A stretch of DNA of 64,000 nt from Candidatus Latescibacterota bacterium (lineage in GTDB: Bacteria; Latescibacterota; UBA2968; GCA-2709665). Numbering within the stretch: the stretch's first letter is position 1; each line of letters begins with the position of its first letter. This document shows positions 59,701-64,000 of this stretch, piece after piece. Below the pieces are notes generated by a model that worked only from the letters and a program-made list of their open reading frames with translations, was not told the DNA's origin and did not search any database. The translations under genes were made by a program, and so were the position numbers. The DNA is taken from contig OZ220733.1 in NCBI GenBank assembly GCA_965116875.1, forward strand, positions 2,336,001 through 2,400,000. The letters are read 5' to 3'.

Positions 59701-59849
59701 ACGCCTACACGCTGCCGGCCGCGTCAAAAATCGCATCAGGATCCGAAGGGCAGATTCCGCTTAACTGTGTGATCGAGCATCCGAAGGCCGGATCCGATAG
59801 GCCCGAGGCGATCATTCTCAATCTTCAAAGGGTCGGAAACGACGACTGA
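50769..59849 (+). CDS. 3026-aa secreted protein: cohesin-like, dockerin-like, cadherin/Fn3 repeats, SwmB-like, LRR, and C-terminal leishmanolysin-like (M8) metallopeptidase
   Basis: Signal peptide; PDFDGNGAVGFSDF; cadherin motifs ENx..A.DxD..YDxE; Fn3 motifs WxxPxNTGP..YxVQV; 24-aa LRRs; HEMGHALGFG...SHWR...ELMTPG..PLSAITIQAMADLGY. Confidence 0.9.
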   Translation: MRCASRTRALALGFAGLVFLLLFVPPWSPSTQPAGYSLTLDLDNAAGDQAVSSLDLLPDQPFSIQIFGKNISGATGISMRFRYEPSQAVYEGFDPGDALPNAHAAVQPDSSWVRIDVSTSSGSATANAGWVGTLRFRTTAAFTDTEIWLVDAGLTRGVRTETISPAVGVALQIAAAPSPDFDGNGAVGFSDFVAFAGSFGLREGDEAFDATFDLNEDGGVGFDDFVIFARRFGETVNRPPTFGETAPLARSVLENAPAGEPIGEPVTAMDADGDSLTYRLRGAHTDSFAIDASTGQLLTREGTSYDHEARDTYSVTVRASDGQGGRATIAVGVAVADVDEPPSAPPDSVRAASRDTTLAVSWLAAMDEAGKPPVSGYEVASKQVESEVWPKGLLVDGRTDTSATLGGLTNEQAYHVRVRTLNDEGESPWSAPVAGAPTAGPQPRGVVRDLRVDVDSVAQVNLAGLFTRPALGALAYDATSSNEGVATVTVSDTLATVRGVAAGRATLTATAGDAHGNSAQTTFGVIVSSTSPPPGPGNGDGGPVGPIGPIGPPPPPPPPPPPPPNNRPPAFDDGSSTARTVAENTPARRPIQHPVRATDPDGHRVTYRLSGPDSASFSVDAGSGQLRTLSGVTYDFEDNDRYSVDLEGSDPYGESATIGVTIHVADVNEPPEIPAAPQVQPASTTSLTVTWDPPDNTGPDITDYDVQYRKSGNFMPHSHDGPGTSATIIDLDVNTRYEVQVRSSNDEGTSSWSRSGFGATSSNLPPVFDDGNSATREVAENTTGVQDLGAPLRAEDPENTAVTYRLSRGDTESFDVDTSTGQLQTADGVDYDFETKNRYSVTVQAKDEQDGRATISVTIDVTDDDSETPETPDKPTVTAQTLNSLSIRWTAPANTGPAVNDYDVQYRQGSAGAFTDWPHTGPGTTTTIASLNPNTAYQVQVLARSPEGASAWSASADASTVANRAPTFNEGASTTRSLAENTTGTNDIGNPLSARDTDGGTLTYALEGTDQDAFALDGNQLQTLSGQTYDFEAKPRYDVIGRVEDGQGGSNTIAVTINLTDQQEKPGTPDAPDVSAASSTSLGVTWGEPENTGPDINDYDVQYRQGDSGGFRSWTHNSAGRAATITALIPDSSYQVQVLARSPEGTSDWSASGTGSTDPNQLPTFTDGSSATRTLAENTTGVRDIGDPVAATDAENTRLTYALEGTHADSFSIDTRSGQLKTRSGRTYDFEALPRYAVNVKAADGHDGVNSIPVSIDLTDVNEAPVFTGEETLEAAENQSFAGTVSAVDPDQADAITDYTITGGGDRARLEISNAGALTFRVNPDFESPSDAGGNRQYNVAVTVTGGTGGRALTAQQAIAITVTDENEPPFFTSADTFEVRENNRVTGRVTARDVDAADAVTGYAVTGGTDRDEFEIVSTNQLRFKDDDDPDFERPDDSGGDNEYSVQVTATGGVSPRDMTETKTVTVLVEDVDEPPGKPDTPVVSDTTESSLTVRWDEPDNTGPDITNYFLQYRHSGSFTASPDSSTTRTRTLSNLRAGRTYHFQVRAKNDEGKGAWSNAGRARTLTAPTVTSVAFTSTPPSGQNGAYRKDDVIDVTVTFSEAVAVTGTPQMDLTIGSTVRKAGYQSGSTTTRLLFQYTVAGDDVDTNGASINENGLKLNGGSILRANSAINADLSHGARANQSGHKVDGKAPSISDAGVNGSRLTLTYDETLDSGSRPAAGDFAVTVDDTARNVSRVAVSGTAATLSLASAVTAGEAVALAYTPGTNPIRDRARNPAIALTKLTVTNRTQDTALNMCNRTPQVRNEIVRQAPVSACGAVTAEHLAAITSLPLDDESISALKAGDFSGLRGLVELDLEDNSLSSLPTDIFSDLSALEVLNLEGNNLALSANAFSGLTALKSLDLTDNSLGSLDATLFSGLTALTYLKLSGAGITSSLPANVFSSLSALETLILEYAVLGNVDADTFSGLSALKRLDLSHTRISSLPASVFSPLSALEYLELTLSRITSLPATVFSGLTNLEELHLDSNEIASLDAGQFSGLTALTHLDISSLDLTSVHGNLFSDLTGLKFLSLRYNDLTTLPDTVFSGLTELRTLNMTHNDFSILPDSLFSGLTELTQLWLAYGKVDPLPIVVSLESEGTDQFVAKAHTAAPFELVLPLRLTNGEFDSGESSIAIPQGSVESEALSVSRTAGTRAAVTVDLVPPLPGIPGSDNGYKLVLSDDLPLEVIAAEKGVEIYPTELTMPEDASDTYTVVLTMQPTADATVTVTVPSNADVTVNPSPLTFTADNWATPQTVTVSSIADGDSDDDEVTLTHAVSGGGYGSVSVDDVSVNIKETAVTTNNPPSIFHSSHSVDENFTGHVRIVGTDTDAQDYITGYEITGGRDRALLEISTRSGVGELSFVDVPDYERPAGSSNRHEVVVTVTSGMGARKRTGQQQITVTVTDVDEPPGTPSAPGLSRLTVPPGIRVNQGRTRPVNTGPDINAWRIRYREKDSGGDFISATHRSSTLDARIENLAKGVTYEVQVRAKNDEGDSEWSPLAEIELPNEPPLAVRSFDDLTLAVGGPVEIASVSGVFDSQDGDRLTYSAASGNSAAASVRMIGREVLVEPGSAGSTTITVTASDPYGASDSESFDVSVRTPALAAPTLNVSGNVFTLAFTDDFAADETRAYEVRIRHKTNHGAWATGCHTESNDQASPQSISVTLQDAVSDFFEPGTTYEADYGYLGDSCDGSRMGSPSATAEATTSGTASFDIDVVFVGSISSEHRSLVEAAAARWEEIITADLPNHRLSTEVRDDLNRRYSGTTAPEVVDDLVVYVRSGNTIGIAAATSLWHRDPSALPFASQITLGTRYVLNDLVVLHEMGHALGFGTKPWYDHDLLKDPSRGPFETLISPSPDTYFSGAKAIAAFNAAGGSSYTGAKVPVENKSANYGSRDSHWRQSVMQSELMTPGISDPAPLSAITIQAMADLGYTVDVTQADAYTLPAASKIASGSEGQIPLNCVIEHPKAGSDRPEAIILNLQRVGNDD

Positions 59850-59900
59850 TAAGGGCCTGATATCGGTCACCGTGTTTCGAGCCTGACCAGCGAAACAAAG

Positions 59901-59946
59901 AAACCGTCGGTTCCCTGACCGGCCAGAGTCGAAAACCGACGGTTTT
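59901..59946 (+). terminator. Putative terminator hairpin
   Basis: 12-bp inverted repeat aaaccgtcggtt...aaccgacggttt about 50 bp after the stop codon. Confidence 0.5.
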
Positions 59947-60286
59947 CCAGGAAGGCGAACACCCGTTTTGCCCCGGCACAGTTGTGCCGTAAGACCGGAT
60001 GCGGCCCTCATTTCGAAATTTAGAGACCGCGTCCTGCAATGTCAATTACAGCAGTCGTTCGTCGGCGGAAACACTCGAGGCCCGGCTGCAGCACATCCTG
60101 AATTCCTGAGCGCGCCTCTCGCGCTTTTCCCCTTCCCGAAGATCGGCCTTGTTTCTTTCAATCAGGCCTACCCTTCCACCGCGGCATCCACTCCCGCTTC
60201 GCGCGCGTCGATTCGCAGCGAACACCTTCAATTCCGGTTGACAGGAATCGATTGAGCCGAATTGAATCGTCAAGAAGCGCGTTCGA

Positions 60287-60529
60287 TGTTGCAAATTGCA
60301 CATGTCGTTGCAATTTGCTGAAACTCGTGATCTGACGTGCGGATAAGCAGATAAATCATATAGAAACATCTATTTCCAACTCTTCGTTTGCTGTACTCCC
60401 CACTTCAAGCTGGGTTTTCTTCGTGCGATCTGCAATGATCCAGCCCCATACGATTTCAAGCGATTTAGCGCTAAGTTCTTTATAAACTTCGTTTTGTTCC
60501 GAATCTCAGATTGTGGCACGCTTTTTGTA
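60287..60529 (+). promoter_or_regulatory. Sigma-54 promoter with upstream activator boxes (copy 3)
   Basis: Boxes at 60287, 60306 and 60422; TGGCACGCTTTTTGTA at 60514-60529. The whole block is alignable with copy 2 (gacgtgcggataagc, tatagaaaca, cccacttc, cgatttcaa). Confidence 0.8.
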
Positions 60530-60637
60530 ATAGGACTCTTCGTCTGCCCGCCCTGTGCAAAAACCGGATGATTCCACCGCGTGCGGCAATGCGATACGTT
60601 TCCGCTCGCGATAGCCAAAATGGGAGCGAAGAGTACA

Positions 60638-62758
60638 ATGAATCCAATGCGACGAATCCTGATTGTCACTGGCGATGCGGCCGTCGAAGCGCACCTGAAG
60701 GAATACCTGCGGGAATTGAGATACGTGGTAACCGCGGCGGTTTCGCGAGGGCGCGAGGCCGTTGAAACAGCGTGGAGCGCACGACCGGACCTCGCACTTG
60801 TCGACCTCGGTTTCAATGGAGACGTACCCGGGCCGGAAGTCGGGGAACTGCTTGGGAAACGGTACGATATTCCTGTCGTGTACCTGACCGACAAGACGGA
60901 CGGAAACCTGTTCGTACGTTCGCAGGCAACGAACCCGTACGGCTACGTATTCCGTCCGTTTGATGATCGGCAACTCGACCTTACCATCACGAACGCCCTC
61001 TCTCTGCACCAGAGGGAACGCAAGCATCGGGAATCGCGAGGACGTCTGGAACAAGCCATCGGTGAAGCCAATTATCGCGCCGAACTCATGGAAACCGTTT
61101 TCAACAGCATGAGCGAGGGCGTGGTGGCTGTTGACGAAGAAGGGGCGATTCTGTTTCATAATTCAAGCGGTCCGCGCATCGGCGGCAGCCATCCGCTTGA
61201 GAAGGACATCGCCAGATGGCCCGAAGAATATGGAGTCTTTCAGCCCGATGGAAAGACCGTCCCCAGTGAGGACCTGAATCCGCTGATGCTTGCTATCAGA
61301 GGTCAGTCGACGGTAGAAACCGAGTTGCTGATCCGAAATCACCGGAAGCCCGATGGCGTCCGGGTGAACATCAGTGCGAGACCATTGCTGGATAAGGCAG
61401 GATCTCCAAAGGGTGGTGTGGCGGTCATAAGGGACGTGACAAAACTGAAACAGGCGGAAGCCAGGTTGGAACGAACGGTCGCCAGACTGCAGGAACAAGC
61501 CGAATTGATGGAGACCATTCTCAAGAGCATCAGCGACGGCATCATCGTTGCGGACACCGCCGGAGACTTCCTCTACGTGAATCCGGGGGCCAGGCAAATC
61601 GTCGGTGTGGACATAAACGACGGTTTTCCGGATGATTGTGCTGCAAGACACGGTGTGTACTTTCCTGACCGGGAAACGCCCATGAAGATGGAAGATCTGC
61701 CGCTGATGCGAGCCATACGGCACGGCGAATCCACGGATGAGAAGGACGTGTTCATACGGAACGAGAAAAAGCAGGACGGCGTCTACATCAGAATGAGCGG
61801 AAGGCCCCTTCTCGACAACGCCGGGGAAATCAGGGGCGGCGTCGTAATCTTCCGAGACGTTACCGAGCGAGTGCTCGCCGAGGAGTCCTTGTCGAGAGCG
61901 TTCGACCAGGGGCGGTTGGAGATGGTCGATACCATTCTACACAACATAGGCAACGCGATGAACAGTGTCACGACGGGAATCGAGACCGTCCGCCGCAAAT
62001 TGACGAAAGACCAGGCCGGTCGTCGCCTGTTCGCGCTTGCCACCGCGATCGATGTGCATCGGAACGACTGGATCGACTATATCGCAAACGACGCACAGGG
62101 TCGGAAAGTGATGCCGTTCATCATCAAGTTGGCGGACGACTTTGGCAGAAGGAATGACGAACTGATGAATACTGTCGTCCGCGTCAGGGATCGGGCCAAT
62201 CGCATTGCGGATATCATCCGCACCCAGAGGACCCTCGACCCGTCCAATATGGATCGCAAGGATATCGACCTTGACTGTGCGCTCTCGGGCGCGTTGCGAG
62301 TATTGAGAGATTCCCTTAATAAGAGAGGTATCCGAGCCGACGTCGAATGCGAACACACACCACGGCAGATTCGCGTCCGGGAGAGCCAGTTTCACCAGAT
62401 GCTTGTCAATCTGGTTAAGAATTCAATTGAAGCCATCGATGAACTCGCGACGCTTCACGGACTTCTTGAAAAGCCGCATATCCGGGTTGTGGCCAGTACC
62501 GTGAATGAGCATCTCGTCCTGGACGTCATCGATAACGGCATCGGCATACAGAACAAGGACAAACGTGTTCTCTTTACACCCGGCTATACGACGAAAAAGT
62601 CGGGCAGCGGGCTCGGCCTCCATTCTGCCGCCAATTTCGTCATTGCGTCCGGCGGCAAGATTGAACCCGTTAGTGAAGGCACAGGAAGGGGAACGACTAT
62701 GCGCGTAACGTGGCCGCTTACCGCGGTGGCCTCGCGGATAGACGCGGAGAGCGATTGA
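60638..62758 (+). CDS. Soluble sensor histidine kinase: receiver-like domain, two PAS domains, HisKA/HATPase
   Basis: H-box LHNIGNAMNSV, N-box VNLVKNS, DNGIGI, FTPGYTTKKSGSGLGL; duplicated PAS segments. Start could be 60620, 60638 or 60647. Confidence 0.92.
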   Translation: MNPMRRILIVTGDAAVEAHLKEYLRELRYVVTAAVSRGREAVETAWSARPDLALVDLGFNGDVPGPEVGELLGKRYDIPVVYLTDKTDGNLFVRSQATNPYGYVFRPFDDRQLDLTITNALSLHQRERKHRESRGRLEQAIGEANYRAELMETVFNSMSEGVVAVDEEGAILFHNSSGPRIGGSHPLEKDIARWPEEYGVFQPDGKTVPSEDLNPLMLAIRGQSTVETELLIRNHRKPDGVRVNISARPLLDKAGSPKGGVAVIRDVTKLKQAEARLERTVARLQEQAELMETILKSISDGIIVADTAGDFLYVNPGARQIVGVDINDGFPDDCAARHGVYFPDRETPMKMEDLPLMRAIRHGESTDEKDVFIRNEKKQDGVYIRMSGRPLLDNAGEIRGGVVIFRDVTERVLAEESLSRAFDQGRLEMVDTILHNIGNAMNSVTTGIETVRRKLTKDQAGRRLFALATAIDVHRNDWIDYIANDAQGRKVMPFIIKLADDFGRRNDELMNTVVRVRDRANRIADIIRTQRTLDPSNMDRKDIDLDCALSGALRVLRDSLNKRGIRADVECEHTPRQIRVRESQFHQMLVNLVKNSIEAIDELATLHGLLEKPHIRVVASTVNEHLVLDVIDNGIGIQNKDKRVLFTPGYTTKKSGSGLGLHSAANFVIASGGKIEPVSEGTGRGTTMRVTWPLTAVASRIDAESD

Positions 62759-63006
62759 TAGTGAGTCTCAAACGCGTGTTTTCGATTTTTGCCCACCGTG
62801 CGCACAAATCAGCCAGTCGCCGCCGTGATTCCCGTCAGGAACACCGTACTCACGATGCGCGTGGACGTGCGGCGACCACTTCTGGGCCCGATTCCCAAAG
62901 TCCGCTTTACCTGGATCGACGCAATCTCTTGTTTCCTGTTTCAACCGAGACTCGTTGTTATTGCCATACCTGTCAAGTAGGACTCGGAGAGGAAATCGGC
63001 CCCTGG

Positions 63007-63253
63007 CGTGGCAAAAGGCGACTACAGTCGCATTTCGCAACACTTCCGCCATGCCTTTGGCGGAATAGTCTCACAAATTACATATTAACAGTCATTTAAG
63101 AATCTTCATTTGATTTCCACGCGACCGCGCCAGGAATCTGCAGTGGCGCAATATGCAACACAGATCGATTCCTGCTTCAGGTTCCTGTAAATTTTAAACC
63201 GTTAATTTACAATTATTAATTCGTATTCAAGCACAGTTGGCATAATTTATGCG
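63007..63253 (+). promoter_or_regulatory. Sigma-54 promoter with degenerate activator boxes (copy 4)
   Basis: TGGCATAATTTATGCG at 63238-63253; boxes at 63007, 63026 and 63145 with the same spacing as copies 1-3. Confidence 0.65.
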
Positions 63254-63279
63254 GTAAACCGTGAAGGGCAGGAAGAAAC

Positions 63280-64000
63280 ATGAATGTACCGTTCACAGAG
63301 ATCCTTTCAGCCGGACCGATTCACAGGTGGTCGATGGAAACCCAAAATCACGGAAACAACCGGGTTCTGATCGTCGATGATCAGCCCGAAATCCACGAAG
63401 ATTTTAAGGAAATGCTTTGTTCCGGCACCGTGAACACGCCGGATGACGATCTCACAGCGGCGTTCGTGCGTGAACAGGAAGGAGACTATCTCCCGGAGTT
63501 CGAATTGCTGCATGCGAACAATGGGGAAGAAGCCTGCAATATCATTCAGAGGGGAAGAGAATCGAACCGTCCGGTTGCTGTGGCCTATATCGATATTCGA
63601 ATGCCCCCCGGCATCGATGGTATTGAAACGGTCCGCAGAGTAAGGGAATTCGACCGGGACGTCGAAATCGTGATTATGACCGCTTACACCGACAGATCGC
63701 TGCCCGAAATCGTCTGCGACATGGAGTTGCTACACAAGTTGCTCTATATACGAAAGCCTTTCACGCATGAGGAAATACAGCAGATCACCCTCTCACTGGT
63801 CGGAAAGTGGAACGTCGAACGGGAACTGGGGGAACAAAGGCGGAAACTTGCCGTAACCCATGGAAGATTGGAAGCATTGCTCAATGCAACCGGCGACGCC
63901 ATCGGTATGCACGACGTTGCCGGCAGATTGGTATTCGCCAACGAAATGTATCTGAATCTTCTGGGTCTGGAGGGAATCGAACTGGAAAAAATCACGCCGG
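63280..64000 (+). CDS. Response regulator (receiver domain plus start of a PAS domain), truncated by the window end
   Basis: Manual translation gives RVLIVDDQPEIHEDF...VAYIDIRMPPGIDG...IMTAY...YIRKPF...LLNATGDAIGMHD. It is missing from the ORF track because no stop codon falls in the window; alternative start 63334. Confidence 0.9.
   Translation, partial: MNVPFTEILSAGPIHRWSMETQNHGNNRVLIVDDQPEIHEDFKEMLCSGTVNTPDDDLTAAFVREQEGDYLPEFELLHANNGEEACNIIQRGRESNRPVAVAYIDIRMPPGIDGIETVRRVREFDRDVEIVIMTAYTDRSLPEIVCDMELLHKLLYIRKPFTHEEIQQITLSLVGKWNVERELGEQRRKLAVTHGRLEALLNATGDAIGMHDVAGRLVFANEMYLNLLGLEGIELEKITP

Overview
GC-rich bacterial DNA dominated by secreted and surface proteins. The profile (eukaryote-like LRR, WD40, Fn3 and cadherin modules, twin EF-hand 'DFDGDG-VGFxDF' tags, a FlgD-Ig/T9SS-like tail) resembles host-associated FCB-group bacteria such as Latescibacterota/Gemmatimonadota sponge symbionts; this taxonomy is inference only. 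Layout: (1) a >26.5 kb adhesin gene open at the left edge (LRR tip, Calx-beta stalk with near-identical 993-999 bp and 681 bp tandem units, autotransporter-like C-terminal barrel); (2) an AAA-ATPase/PD-(D/E)XK gene, several deletion-scarred pseudogenes, a HAD hydrolase and two tandem GH12 genes; (3) a lower-GC stretch of small orphan genes (~36-45.5 kb); (4) a secreted Cache-domain protein, an LRR/FG-GAP protein and a 3026-aa cohesin/dockerin/cadherin/Fn3/LRR/leishmanolysin protein; (5) a PAS histidine kinase and a receiver protein running off the right edge. Two signals are not explained by the ORF list. First, four copies of one sigma-54 promoter architecture: two TGTTGCAAWTTGCA(A)CA-like boxes 19 bp apart at ~-230, a third box at ~-92, then a -24/-12 site. 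These precede the 3026-aa gene and both signalling genes, and one copy has no intact gene behind it. Second, six copies of a dockerin-like tag on unrelated cargo proteins plus one cohesin-like domain, suggesting a cellulosome-like surface assembly network. No rRNA, tRNA, CRISPR, integrase, transposase or reverse transcriptase was recognised.
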